Positions 25,219 to 35,007 of a stretch of DNA of 64,000 nt are shown here, piece after piece. Both the position numbers and the translations under genes were made by a program. This DNA is from Candidatus Bathyarchaeia archaeon. GTDB lineage: Archaea > Thermoproteota > Bathyarchaeia > Bathyarchaeales > Bathycorpusculaceae. A model generated the notes under the pieces. The model was given only the letters and a program-made list of their open reading frames with translations, ran no database searches and was not told the origin of the DNA. How positions within the stretch are numbered: position 1 is the stretch's first letter; every line of letters starts with the position of its first letter. The DNA is taken from contig JBEKKK010000005.1 in assembly GCA_050010755.1 (NCBI GenBank), forward strand, positions 2,276-66,275, read 5' to 3'.

Positions 25219-26751
25219 ATGAGTACGCGAAGTTCCAACAGGTACCCTTTGAGTCTTGTTTTGAAGATCGCCGCGTTCCTCGTGGCCGTGGTTCTTGTTT
25301 TTCATCTAGACTTGGCGACGGTGGCAGTCAAAGCCGTGCAGAACGAGTCAGCTAGTTACGTGCTTGCGGTGCCAGTTCTCTTCGCCTACTTGCTGTACCG
25401 AAAGAGGAAAATGTTGAGAGCTGTGATGCCGCTTGAGAGTCAGGCTCACACGGGAGTCATGAAGTACCTAGCAACTATCGGCGGACTGCTTCTCACCTCA
25501 GCGGCCTTGGTGCTTTATTGGTACAGCTCAAGCATGGACTACCACGCGGCGTATCATATTTTGACCCTTCCAATCTTCGCGGCGGGTCTAACCCTTATTC
25601 TTTTCAACACGCAAACACTCAAGGAGTCTGCGTTCCCCATGGCTTTCCTCGTGCTCTTGACTCCTCCCTCCGGTATACTTACCGGGGTCGGCGAGGCTTT
25701 TTCGTCGGCGAGCTCTAAGGTCTCCTTCGCCTTGATAAGGGCCGTGGGCATACCTTCGACCCTAAGTGGCCAGCCACCTGTAATCCAAGTCGTGAGGTCG
25801 GGCGGCGAGGCCTTAGGCTTCACAATTGGCAATTCGAGCTCAGGCGTCTACAGCGTACTAGGGTTTCTTGTCTTTGCGATTTTCATCAGTTACACCATCC
25901 GAGACAGGCTGTGGAAAAAACTTTTGCTGTTTCCCATCGGATTTTTGATTATCTATGCGCTGAGTTTATCGAGGATAACGGCCGTTCTGCTGATTGGCTA
26001 CAATTTCGGCATAGCCACAGCGATGAACCTTTTTCTCCTGCTGGGGGGATGGGTCCTGATTTTCCTAGGAACCTTCCTCACACTTTTCTTCTCAGAAAAA
26101 GTCCTTCACACCCAGATATTCTCCAAACCGCCACAAAAGTGTCCAAAATGCAGCAGTGGACCTCAGGCTGACCAAGACATGTGTTTTTCATGCGGAAGGA
26201 TCCTCAGGCCCAGCCAAGCCAAATTTGGCAAGACCGACCTGGTGAAGATAGTGGCGACAATCGCCCTTCTAGCGTTGCTGACGGAAGCCGTGGCCTCATT
26301 TCAAGCAGTTAGCGAATTCATATCTCAGCGCGGTTTGTACCTCGCGGTCACGATTCTTGCCTTGTTTCCCGCTGTCATGGTTTTTTACGTTCTTGAAACG
26401 AGGGAACTGAGGAGAGAGGATGCAGAATTCTACCTGAAGCTGTCAACCGGGAATAAGCAAGTCATCGACACGGTTCGTGAAACAGAAATAGCGGCTAGGC
26501 CAACGCTGAATGCGATAACCGAGACGTACGAAAGCAAAACGGGCGAACCGATTGCGTACCAGGAAATGCTAAGAAAACTCTTCCTTGCGGAAAAAACGGG
26601 CATAATCGAGAGCCGAGTAGACAATGTCCAGGACGAGCCGCTTCAGGTATGGAGAAGCCATATCAAACCTCCTGAAGAAGAACTGGATAAGCCGGTCAAA
26701 GAACCGGAAACTCTAGTGAATCAAGCCGCGTCGAAGCTGCAGGTTCCATAG
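25219..26751 (+). CDS. Exosortase/archaeosortase-family membrane protein (non-canonical, Ser in place of the catalytic Cys) with a fused zinc ribbon and C-terminal extension
   Basis: Polytopic ORF with several family-like features: SYVLAVPVLFAYLLYRKRKML near the N-terminus, the central FTIGNSSSGVYSVLGFLVF (family consensus has CSG), and the conserved Arg context ALSLSRITAVLL. A CPKC...CFSC zinc ribbon follows, then one more TM and a ~130-aa charged tail. I prefer the ATG at 25219 over the TTG at 25192. Confidence 0.65.
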   Translation: MSTRSSNRYPLSLVLKIAAFLVAVVLVFHLDLATVAVKAVQNESASYVLAVPVLFAYLLYRKRKMLRAVMPLESQAHTGVMKYLATIGGLLLTSAALVLYWYSSSMDYHAAYHILTLPIFAAGLTLILFNTQTLKESAFPMAFLVLLTPPSGILTGVGEAFSSASSKVSFALIRAVGIPSTLSGQPPVIQVVRSGGEALGFTIGNSSSGVYSVLGFLVFAIFISYTIRDRLWKKLLLFPIGFLIIYALSLSRITAVLLIGYNFGIATAMNLFLLLGGWVLIFLGTFLTLFFSEKVLHTQIFSKPPQKCPKCSSGPQADQDMCFSCGRILRPSQAKFGKTDLVKIVATIALLALLTEAVASFQAVSEFISQRGLYLAVTILALFPAVMVFYVLETRELRREDAEFYLKLSTGNKQVIDTVRETEIAARPTLNAITETYESKTGEPIAYQEMLRKLFLAEKTGIIESRVDNVQDEPLQVWRSHIKPPEEELDKPVKEPETLVNQAASKLQVP

Positions 26752-26861
26752 CAATTTGCATTCGTAAAAACTCGATTAGGGAGCTTGCTCACAACCGTCA
26801 AAGTGGTTCAACCATAGTTCCTAATTGATACAAAGATTGCCTGTTACAAAACAGGGTTGCG

Positions 26862-29800
26862 TCATTGCTGTTTGCGTTTGTAGATTCGAAACACTCCCAA
26901 TGCGGCGAAGCAGCCAATCAGGCCTAGAATGGTTCCGAAGCGGGCGTATTCAGATGAGGATTGTGCCTGGGGCGATACTTGGACTCTATAGGAGAGAACA
27001 TCGGCTTTGGCATCGTATGTGCTTGTGCCGTTCACGTTGATCAAGATGTCGTAATATCCTTGCATCAGAGTCTCGTTACATACTAGTGTCAAGTGGATGA
27101 CTCCTGACGAGTCTGTGGACACGGAGGTTGCGGTGCCTTGAATTCTTTCTGGGATGGCCATGCCATTAACCCATGTCGTCGCATTAACGAAGTAAATGCT
27201 GTATGTCTGGTCTTCTGCATATCCAGTTCCGGTGATGTACACGGTTTCGCCGGGAGAAAAGACATCCTTCTTGTTGCTCATGTTGTCGCAACTTTGGATG
27301 GTTGATTGAATTTGCCAAGTCCAGTTTATTGTAGAATTCTCTGTTAAGGTGAAGCTTGTGGACGTACCGGAACCGCTGGACGGTACGGAGCCTGTGCCCG
27401 TCCAACCTGTACAAACATAGGATACGCCTTTTTCGACCACGGGGCTGGACACGTTGCAAGAAAGAGTGGTGCCATCACTGTACGAGTGATCGCCAACGCT
27501 GGGGCTGGGATTGCCATGAGCTGACACGACGGTCAACTTCCACTTAACCGGTGAAACTGTGACCCAGTTCCAGGTTATAGTCGAATTCTCAGTTATGGAA
27601 AACGTTACCGAAGTAGTCGTGCCCGTGGAAGGAACAGACCCAGAACCGGACCAACCCGTGCACGTCCAAACAGTGCCGCTCTCATTCACTGGACTCGTAA
27701 CGGTGCAGGTGACAGAATCTCCGTCGCTGACGAGATGGTCGCCAACAGACGGGCTCGGATTGCCATGAGCAGAAGAAACTGTTAAGTCCCTTTGAACAGA
27801 AGGAGTCACAACCCAGTTCCATGTTATGGTCGAGTTCAAGGTGATGATAAAAGCTGTGGAAGTGCCATTGCCACTGGCTTGGACGGAACCTGTGCCAGAC
27901 CAGCCTGTGCAAGTGTAGGAAATTCCAGCATCAATTACTGGACTGGATACGTTGCAGGTTACATAAGATCCGTCACTGATTATGTGATTACCAACACTGG
28001 GAGTTGGACTGCCATAAGCCGAGATTACGGTCAAAGTCCACAGTGCAACCTGCCAGTTCCAAGTGATGGTTGAATTCTGAGTTATGATGAAAGTTAGAGA
28101 AGTATCGGTGCCGCTTGAAGGAACGGAGCCAGTGCCAGACCAACCTGTACAAACGTATGTGGTCCCGTTTTCGTTTACGGGAGAGATGACGATGCAAGTG
28201 ACGTTGTCATTATCGTCATAGAGATGGTCGCCAGAGGCAGGGCTTGGATTGCCATGCTGTGAAGCAACAGTCAGGTCATACTGCTGAACGGTGCTATTGT
28301 GCCAATTCCATGTGATGGAGGAATTTCGATTTATCGTGAAAGTCACGGAATCACCGTTTCCACTGGATGGAACAGAGCCAGTACCCGTCCAACCGGTGCA
28401 TATCCAAACAGTAGTGCCCTCTGTCACAGAGTTGGTTACGTTGCAGATGACGTTGGAGCCGGCGTTGTAGACGTGCTGGCCGCCGTTTGGGATTGGGCTG
28501 TCGTGGAGCGAGTTAACAGTCAAGGTGTATTGCAATGGTGATCCTTGCCAGTTCCACGTTATGCTTGAGTCCTGAGTTATCGTGAACGTTGCCGAAGTGC
28601 CAGATCCGACCGCTGGGACAGAGCCGGTACCTGTCCAACCAGTACACGTCCAGAGAGTTCCATTCTCAACGACAGAACTGGACACGTTGCATGTGACGGA
28701 GGCTCCGTCGTTGTACGAGTGGACTCCGACGCTTGGGTTGGGGCTGTCGTGGGCCGAGGCAACTGTCAGGTTGTGCGTGATAGGCGCGCTAACCCAGTTC
28801 CAAGTAATAGTTGAGTCCTGAGTGATTGTGAAAGTCACAACGGTGTTAGAACCAGTGGTAGGAACAGAGCCCGTACCCGTCCAGCCAGTGCAGGTCCAGA
28901 CATTGTCCCCCTCAGTAACAGGGCTTACAACAATACAGGTAACCGAAGAACCATTAGTGTACAAGTGCTGACCCACAGTCGGGTTCGGACTATCATGAAG
29001 TGAAGAAATAGTCAACGTGAGCTGCCCTACAGACGACTGCCAAACCCAAGTTATGCTCGAAGGCGCCATTATCGTGAAGGTGACAGAGGTCGAAGTTCCC
29101 GAGGATGGAACGCTTCCCGTTCCAGTCCAGCCGGTGCAAACGTATTGGCCACCAGAGGCGGGAGAAGTGACAGATTCTGTGATGCCAGAACCAGAGTCAA
29201 AGAAACCGCTCTGAGGAAAAGGTGAATCGTATGGAGATGATACATTCAGATAATATTGGGTCTTGTAGTTGCCAATCACGCTTCCCCCGCTTGTGACTGT
29301 TAAGCTGCCGCTTTGGCCAATTGTCAGACCTCCCGATGTGCTTGTATAAACGTACTGCTTGGTGGTCGCACCAACGGCTAGGTAGGACGTGAAGGCGAAA
29401 GTGGGAGAGAAGCCGCTGTCGTACCAGAAACTAACAGGAAGATTGCTTACACCATAATCGATGCCCTCAACGGCCACCACCGTGCCCGAAAAGTCTGAGG
29501 CAACCCCCGATTGGCTGAACGTAACCTGATACTGAGTCTTCCAGTTCCAAGTTATAGAAGAACCCGCGCTGATTGTAAAGGTGACAGACGATACACTGCC
29601 AGAAGCGGGAACACTGCCGCTGCCTGTCCAGCCAGTACACAAGTACTGCGTGCCAGAGCCGCCTGAAAACGGAGAAGTAACAGACTCGGTAACGGAGCCA
29701 GGGTCAAACCAACCAGTACCAGGTGTAGCCGTATCGAACGTCGAAGACACAGTCAAATAATACTGCTTCTGGTAGGTGGCTGAGGAAGTTCCATAAGTCT

Positions 29801-30875
29801 GTATTGGCGAAGTGAGGCTGCCAGAACCGCCAGTCTTGAAGAACTGCTCGCCCGAACTGACAGACACGTTGATTGTCCACGCAAAGATCGATCCGCTGTT
29901 AACCCAGTAGTTACTAGGCAAATTACTCCAACCATAGGGCGTTCCCGCCAATGTGAGTACAATGTCGCTGTCAGCATCGCTGTCCAACCCTGTCTGAGTG
30001 AAAGTCACTTGGTACTGAGTCTGCCAGTTCGCTGTGGCAGTCATAGGACCGCTCATCGTTATGGGGTTGCTCTGAGCGTAATTTGTTCCAGAAGCGTCGG
30101 AACCCCAACTAGTAAATGCGTGCTGAGTACCGGTACCACCCGAAACATTGCCAGATGTAAGTCCCGCATAAGCCGTGGAACCAATATCATACCAACCTTG
30201 TCCAGTTGTTGTGCCATAGGCCGACGTGACCGTCAATTGGTACTGGGTCACATAGACGCCAGTTAACGTGGTAGCGCCAGAAACAGTAATTGGAGAAGCA
30301 GAACCAGAAACGCTCTCAAACCGATACTGCTTGCCAGTTATGCTACTCGTAACGTTAATGAAGTTATAGGTAACGGTCGCACCATTGTCAACCCAGATGA
30401 AACCGCCAGAGACGCCAATCGGACTAGTAGCACCAGAATATGAGCCGCCGGTAACGGTGAAGCTCACCAAGTTTCCAGTAGCATCAGCGTCAAGACCAGA
30501 ACTGGAGAATGTCACTAGATACTGAGTTGTGTAGTCGGCAACGTCCGTCCCTGAAGCCGTTATAGGCGAAGTAAGACCGCCGTTATCTCCAGTCTCGACG
30601 AACTGCTCGCCAGAAATGCCTGCGACGGTGTGTGCCCACGTGAAGGTAGTTACGTCATCGTCAACCTCAAAGGCATTTGGCAAATTGTTCCAAGCATAGT
30701 TTGTTTGATTAAACGTGAGAACCGTATTGCTTCCGGCATCGCCATCTAACCCATTTTGATTGAAAGTCACAATGTAGGGGGGCTGTGCGCGCGCTTCTCT
30801 CAGAGTCATTAACATCAACAGTGTGAAAAGAATTAATGAGACAGCAAGAAATGAATAGAACCTTTTGTGTTTCAT
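26862..30875 (-). CDS. Giant surface protein of tandem InlB-B-repeat-like beta domains with a C-terminal TM/basic anchor
   Basis: I prefer the start MKHKRFYSFLAVSLILFTLLMLMTLREARA at 30875, which gives a signal peptide; the track ORF extends to 31001. Many repeats contain CTGWTGTGSVPSSG...ITWNW. The C-terminus is SSSEYARFGTILGLIGCFAALGVFRIYKRKQQ. Confidence 0.9.
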   Translation of the reverse strand: MKHKRFYSFLAVSLILFTLLMLMTLREARAQPPYIVTFNQNGLDGDAGSNTVLTFNQTNYAWNNLPNAFEVDDDVTTFTWAHTVAGISGEQFVETGDNGGLTSPITASGTDVADYTTQYLVTFSSSGLDADATGNLVSFTVTGGSYSGATSPIGVSGGFIWVDNGATVTYNFINVTSSITGKQYRFESVSGSASPITVSGATTLTGVYVTQYQLTVTSAYGTTTGQGWYDIGSTAYAGLTSGNVSGGTGTQHAFTSWGSDASGTNYAQSNPITMSGPMTATANWQTQYQVTFTQTGLDSDADSDIVLTLAGTPYGWSNLPSNYWVNSGSIFAWTINVSVSSGEQFFKTGGSGSLTSPIQTYGTSSATYQKQYYLTVSSTFDTATPGTGWFDPGSVTESVTSPFSGGSGTQYLCTGWTGSGSVPASGSVSSVTFTISAGSSITWNWKTQYQVTFSQSGVASDFSGTVVAVEGIDYGVSNLPVSFWYDSGFSPTFAFTSYLAVGATTKQYVYTSTSGGLTIGQSGSLTVTSGGSVIGNYKTQYYLNVSSPYDSPFPQSGFFDSGSGITESVTSPASGGQYVCTGWTGTGSVPSSGTSTSVTFTIMAPSSITWVWQSSVGQLTLTISSLHDSPNPTVGQHLYTNGSSVTCIVVSPVTEGDNVWTCTGWTGTGSVPTTGSNTVVTFTITQDSTITWNWVSAPITHNLTVASAHDSPNPSVGVHSYNDGASVTCNVSSSVVENGTLWTCTGWTGTGSVPAVGSGTSATFTITQDSSITWNWQGSPLQYTLTVNSLHDSPIPNGGQHVYNAGSNVICNVTNSVTEGTTVWICTGWTGTGSVPSSGNGDSVTFTINRNSSITWNWHNSTVQQYDLTVASQHGNPSPASGDHLYDDNDNVTCIVISPVNENGTTYVCTGWSGTGSVPSSGTDTSLTFIITQNSTITWNWQVALWTLTVISAYGSPTPSVGNHIISDGSYVTCNVSSPVIDAGISYTCTGWSGTGSVQASGNGTSTAFIITLNSTITWNWVVTPSVQRDLTVSSAHGNPSPSVGDHLVSDGDSVTCTVTSPVNESGTVWTCTGWSGSGSVPSTGTTTSVTFSITENSTITWNWVTVSPVKWKLTVVSAHGNPSPSVGDHSYSDGTTLSCNVSSPVVEKGVSYVCTGWTGTGSVPSSGSGTSTSFTLTENSTINWTWQIQSTIQSCDNMSNKKDVFSPGETVYITGTGYAEDQTYSIYFVNATTWVNGMAIPERIQGTATSVSTDSSGVIHLTLVCNETLMQGYYDILINVNGTSTYDAKADVLSYRVQVSPQAQSSSEYARFGTILGLIGCFAALGVFRIYKRKQQ
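27329..29039 (-). repeat. Seven consecutive ~82-aa (~246-bp) coding repeats
   Basis: Each unit has the form LTVxSxHGNPSPSVGDHxYxDGxxVTCxVSSPVxExGxxxxCTGW(T/S)GTGSVPxxGxGTSxTFxITxNSTITWNW. I counted seven copies in the translation. More divergent, longer units continue upstream to about 30700. Confidence 0.85.
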
Positions 30876-31150
30876 TTTTCTTCTCAACTCCTCCTTGTAG
30901 GAAAATGCAGTGAAGTTGCAAAGTACATTAGTGCGGCGAAGATGAACATAGCCAGCATGTATGTAACGGCTATTCTTTTCTTCATTTTCTTTTCTTCTCA
31001 ATCCTCAGACACGTGAATTGTTATTGTATCATCGCTTCAGTTTTTTAACGTTTTCTTCTCAAGAAATTGGTTGAAGGGTTTTTGACGCGTCCCTAGGAAG
31101 CACTGTTTGAAAGTGCTACTGACAAATCATCTTATAGCCTTCGCAACTCA

Positions 31151-31348
31151 TTAGCGTGTTCTTTCTCTGTGGAGGGTTTTGGTTCGCCATGAGTAGGTTT
31201 TTAGGATGGGTGTTGCTCCGTATCCGCAGGCTGCGCATCGTTTCTTGCGAACGTGGTATGATCTTCTTCCGCATCGCCTGCATTTTATGTGGACGGTTTT
31301 GCCTTGGCGTTTGCCGAAGGAGGGTGTTCCCTTTCCCAACGGTGTCAC
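31151..31348 (-). CDS. rpl37e: 50S ribosomal protein L37e (eL37)
   Basis: GKGTPSFGKRQGKTVHIKCRRCGRRSYHVRKKRCAACGYG includes the C4 zinc ribbon. The GTG start overlaps the Sm gene stop (GTGA). Confidence 0.95.
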   Translation of the reverse strand: MTPLGKGTPSFGKRQGKTVHIKCRRCGRRSYHVRKKRCAACGYGATPILKTYSWRTKTLHRERTR

Positions 31349-31572
31349 CTTGGCGGCGGTGAAATTAGGACTACGTTGTCTCCTCGGACGATTATTTGTC
31401 CCAGTTTCCTAACGTTCTCAGAGGTTGTGGTGTCTTCTGTCTCTTCCAAAACTAGGTTCAGGTGTTGATCGAAACCTTTGAGTCTTCCGCGCAGGTTTTT
31501 TCCGCCCTTCAGTCTCACGAGTACGATTTTTCCCAAGTTCTGCTCAAGTATCTCAGTCGTCATTTCGCTCAT
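31345..31572 (-). CDS. Sm-like (LSm/SmAP) RNA-binding protein
   Basis: Sm1 is VLVRLKGGKNLRGRLKGFDQHLNLVLEE and Sm2 is IIVRGDNVVLISP. The Sm-L37e gene pair is conserved in archaea. Confidence 0.9.
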   Translation of the reverse strand: MSEMTTEILEQNLGKIVLVRLKGGKNLRGRLKGFDQHLNLVLEETEDTTTSENVRKLGQIIVRGDNVVLISPPPR

Positions 31573-31651
31573 TTTGAAGCCTCAAACCCATGATGTCAAC
31601 CCATTTATACCTAAAGCTATACATTTAAACCTTATCCAAGAGAGAACCGGA

Positions 31652-32161
31652 ATGTCTGAGAAACACAAACGATACTTCTTGAAAGCGAGGGAATCCAGGG
31701 AAATTCTGGACAAGGCTTCGAAGAGATTCGGAATCTACTTGGAACAACCGTTGAAAGACAGGGCCAACGTTGAAGTCGTCCGTGGAGAATCTATCGAAGT
31801 CTTTCTCATTGACGGAAAACCGGCGCTAGCACAAAGCGGAGAAAACATTTACCCAACACTGACCTTCAAAGAATTCCTCGACCGAGCGCCGAAAGCCACC
31901 GTGGATATGGGAGCCGTTCCCCATGTTTGCAAAGGAGCCGACGTAATGGCACCCGGAATCAGAAAGTTCAGCGGCGAATTCCAGAAAGGCGACTTCGTCC
32001 TCGTAACAGATGAGAAACACGGCAAACCAATCGCGCTCGGCGAAGCACTCTACGGCGCAGAAGAGGCAAGGAACACCAAACAAGGCGCAGTCATCAAAAA
32101 CGTGCACTACGTCGGAGACAAAGCCTGGAGCCTAATGAAACAAATCAACGCAGCGATCTGA
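31652..32161 (+). CDS. PUA-domain RNA-binding protein
   Basis: I use the internal ATG at 31652 (MSEKHKRYFLKARES...). The track start at 31478 overlaps the Sm gene on the opposite strand. The PUA pattern is VCKGADVMAPGI...GDFVLVTDEKHGKPIALGEALY...GAVIKNVHYVGDKAW. Confidence 0.8.
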   Translation: MSEKHKRYFLKARESREILDKASKRFGIYLEQPLKDRANVEVVRGESIEVFLIDGKPALAQSGENIYPTLTFKEFLDRAPKATVDMGAVPHVCKGADVMAPGIRKFSGEFQKGDFVLVTDEKHGKPIALGEALYGAEEARNTKQGAVIKNVHYVGDKAWSLMKQINAAI

Positions 32162-32731
32162 CACAGCCAAAAGCCCTCACAAGATCCTAAACCTCACTTG
32201 ACAAGACATTCGCAAATGATACAAATACCGGAGATTTCATGCACATCCGAGAATGGAAAAAGTCTTGTATAGTTGATTTTACGCTTAACCTATGGGGGAA
32301 AGGAAACTGGGGGTCTAACATGCCATCAATTATTTCTCTCCCTTCTCTCCTTTCCCACCCCATCAACGATGTGAGGCCTGCGCGCTCCGAGTGCAGCTGA
32401 TCGGCTCCGTGGCCAACGATTTCGTCTCAAGTCAAGACGTGCATTCACCTTGTATCTGAGTCCGATCCTTGAACGATAATGCGTCGAGTACCCAAACACA
32501 AGGGCTCAGATTCTAGTAAGGCTCTGAACTTTGTCAATTTAAGAAAAGCGGAAGCTTGCTTATTGCACATCATTTTCTTTCTTTTTTCTTCATTGTGGAC
32601 TCGCAAGGTTTGCCTGTGTAAACATGGGTTTCTAGAACACTTTAATAGTCAATTCGCATAACATTCCATATGTATGTCTTGGGAAATGCTTAAACTCTTG
32701 AACCCTGAATAAAGTCAAAGAGAGGAAAAGT

Positions 32732-33091
32732 TTGCCAGGATTGGGTGGATTGCTCCGGAAGCCCAAAAAGGACGAGAAGGAAGCTGACGCTAAGAACGGT
32801 TCTGGCAAAGCCTACTTGAAAGCCATGCCTCTCCGTGAACTGTCGGACATCGAATCCGTAAAGTCCGAGATAAAGTCGGGAAACATTCTCATTCTGAGGA
32901 TAACCCCCCTCGCGAACAAGAGCATCGATGACGTGAAACGCGCCGTGTCTGAGTTGACCGAGTTCACGGAATCCGTGGGAGGGGACATCGCTAGGCTGGG
33001 CGAAGAGCGCGTTGTAGTTTGTCCTCCAAACGTGAAGATTTGGCGAGAAAAAACATCTGTTTCCAACGAGCCTATTCCTACAGCAGCCTGA
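32732..33091 (+). CDS. sepF: SepF-like (DUF552) cell-division protein
   Basis: 119-aa ORF with a TTG start after agagaggaaaag. The pattern is LRELSDIESVKSEIKSGNILILRITPLANKSIDDVKRAVSELTEFTESVGGDIARLGEERVVVCPPNVKI. Confidence 0.7.
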   Translation: MPGLGGLLRKPKKDEKEADAKNGSGKAYLKAMPLRELSDIESVKSEIKSGNILILRITPLANKSIDDVKRAVSELTEFTESVGGDIARLGEERVVVCPPNVKIWREKTSVSNEPIPTAA

Positions 33092-34994
33092 AGGTCTCCA
33101 TAACCGCTGGAGCAATCGTCCGAACTTCGCATCGTCTTTCTATGAAATTAGCCATGTTGAAACACTTGGCCCGCTCACCGTGACAAACGACCACTCTTTC
33201 CGGCTTCGGCTGCAGGTGTGTTATGTAATTGAATATTTGCCTTCTGTCGCTGTGCCCCGAGAAGCCTTCAATCGTCTCCGTGTGCAGTCTGACCTTGGCA
33301 ACGTCCATTTTGCCCTCCGGCGTCATCAGGGCCACTTCGCTTAAGCCCTTCTGGACTCTTCTTCCCATCGTGCCCTCAATCTGGTAGCTCACAAAAACTA
33401 TCGAGTTGTTCGCGTTGTCTGCCAGGCTCTTGAAGTATTCTATTACGGGTCCGCCCTCGAGCATTCCTGATGTTGCCATTATTATGCACGGTTCGCCCTC
33501 GATTATCTCTTGCCTCACGCTCGGATGCTCCACGATTGTGAAGTAGTCTGATTGGAAAGGGTTAACACCGTCGTGAAGTATGCTGTTGCGAACGTCTCTG
33601 CCCAAGTATTCAGGGTAGGCCGTGTGAATCGCCGTTGCTTCGGAAATCATCCCCTCGATAAAAACTGGAGCCTCCTTCATGATGCCGCGCTTCATGTACC
33701 CGTCGAGGACCAGCATAATCTCCTGCGCCCTGCCAACTGCCGGCACCGGAATCAAAACCTTGCCCCTGCGCTCCAATGTCTGGTTCACAATAGCGGCCAA
33801 CCTTTCCTCGGCTTCAATCCGAGAAGGCATGATGTCATCCGGACCACCGTACGTGCTCTCTGTAATCACGGTTTCAACCCTCGGAAACTCGGTGGTTGCG
33901 CCCTCCAGAAGCATCGTCCTCGAAAACTTGTAATCACCCGTGTAAACGACGTTGTGCAAGCCCTCGCCCACGTGAAGGTGAACCATGGCAGAACCCAAGA
34001 TGTGACCGGCGTTGTGCAGAGTCAACCTGACGTCTGGAGCGATGTCAGTGACGACGCCGAAACGCAGTGGCATCGTGTGCAGCACAGTTTCACGCACGTC
34101 CTTCTGATCATAGTAAGGTGTCACACCCTGCTTGCCCGCCACGTCCAAGTAGTCCAGCTGAAGAAGCGTCATCAGGTTTGAAGTAGGCGCCGAACAGTAA
34201 ATCGGGCCGTCATAGCCATACTTGTACAGGAACGGTATGAGTCCACAGTGGTCCAAATGAGCGTGGCTCACAACGACCGCGTCCAAGGACTCCATCGCGA
34301 ACGCTGGGTTGTCAAGTCTCGGAAAAGCATCGAAAGGTCTTGTTGAACCCGGGTTTATTCCGCAGTCCAGCAGCACGCTGCTTTCGCGTGTCTGGAGAAG
34401 CATTGCGGATCTTCCAACCTCTTGAAAACCGCCGAGCGCCGTGATCCTGATGTCTCCAACCTCAAAAGCCTTAGGCCTGAAAATTCTTTCCCCGACGGTT
34501 CGCAGAATTCGCTCTCTCTCTTTGCTCTCAGAATGCAGATAATGGCGCATGTGAGTAATGATCTTGGACTTCAACGGTGGGCTTCTCAGCACGTGCGGCC
34601 GCCACTTGGTCCGCTTGATTATCTCTTGCAGAACCGTCCCGTTTTTGCCTATCACCAGCCCAGGCTTCTTGGCGTCTATTATTATCTCGCCCAAGCTGGG
34701 GTCAAAGTTTATGTCCGTTACTTCTGCCTCAGGCGAGATTATGTCCTTCGCGATTTTTTCAGCCTCGACCTCCTGAAGCCTCACAGAAGGATCAGAGCGA
34801 ATGACTATTCGTTTCCTAATCACGTTAACAATGTTGGCGACGACACTGCTCTGCTCAACCAGCACTTCAGGCTTCTTGGTGTAAACAGCAAGCGTTGAAC
34901 CTTCATACTCTATCCTCGTCACCTCAGCCTCTTTCGGCACATGCCCCAGAATGTACTGAGTGATTTCTATCTTTTCCCTGCTCGAGTCGTGCAC
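33078..34994 (-). CDS. aCPSF1-type beta-CASP ribonuclease (two N-terminal KH domains + metallo-beta-lactamase + beta-CASP)
   Basis: 638-aa ORF with KH-like N-terminal modules, the MBL motif VVSHAHLDHCG, and the later motifs TESTYG and VCHGE. Confidence 0.9.
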   Translation of the reverse strand: MHDSSREKIEITQYILGHVPKEAEVTRIEYEGSTLAVYTKKPEVLVEQSSVVANIVNVIRKRIVIRSDPSVRLQEVEAEKIAKDIISPEAEVTDINFDPSLGEIIIDAKKPGLVIGKNGTVLQEIIKRTKWRPHVLRSPPLKSKIITHMRHYLHSESKERERILRTVGERIFRPKAFEVGDIRITALGGFQEVGRSAMLLQTRESSVLLDCGINPGSTRPFDAFPRLDNPAFAMESLDAVVVSHAHLDHCGLIPFLYKYGYDGPIYCSAPTSNLMTLLQLDYLDVAGKQGVTPYYDQKDVRETVLHTMPLRFGVVTDIAPDVRLTLHNAGHILGSAMVHLHVGEGLHNVVYTGDYKFSRTMLLEGATTEFPRVETVITESTYGGPDDIMPSRIEAEERLAAIVNQTLERRGKVLIPVPAVGRAQEIMLVLDGYMKRGIMKEAPVFIEGMISEATAIHTAYPEYLGRDVRNSILHDGVNPFQSDYFTIVEHPSVRQEIIEGEPCIIMATSGMLEGGPVIEYFKSLADNANNSIVFVSYQIEGTMGRRVQKGLSEVALMTPEGKMDVAKVRLHTETIEGFSGHSDRRQIFNYITHLQPKPERVVVCHGERAKCFNMANFIERRCEVRTIAPAVMETFRLL

Positions 34995-35007
34995 CCTTTT
35001 AACTTCC

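Noticed and set aside
30876-31001. The 42-codon N-terminal extension of the giant repeat protein in the ORF track (MRRKENEEKNSRY...).
   Set aside because: The internal Met at 30875 is followed directly by a typical signal peptide. The extension is hydrophilic and has no homology rationale.
31478-31651. The upstream extension of the PUA-domain ORF.
   Set aside because: It overlaps the Sm gene on the opposite strand and translates to low-complexity hydrophobic sequence. The ATG at 31652 gives a normal-length PUA protein.
32162-32731. An unusually long (570 bp) non-coding spacer containing a GGGGAAAGGA / TCCTTTCCCACCCC imperfect inverted repeat (about 32293-32360). I considered RNase P or SRP RNA.
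   Set aside because: I could find none of the conserved RNase P (GAGGAAAGUCC-type) or SRP helix-8 signatures. The small ORFs here are unconvincing. I leave it unassigned and suggest a covariance-model scan.
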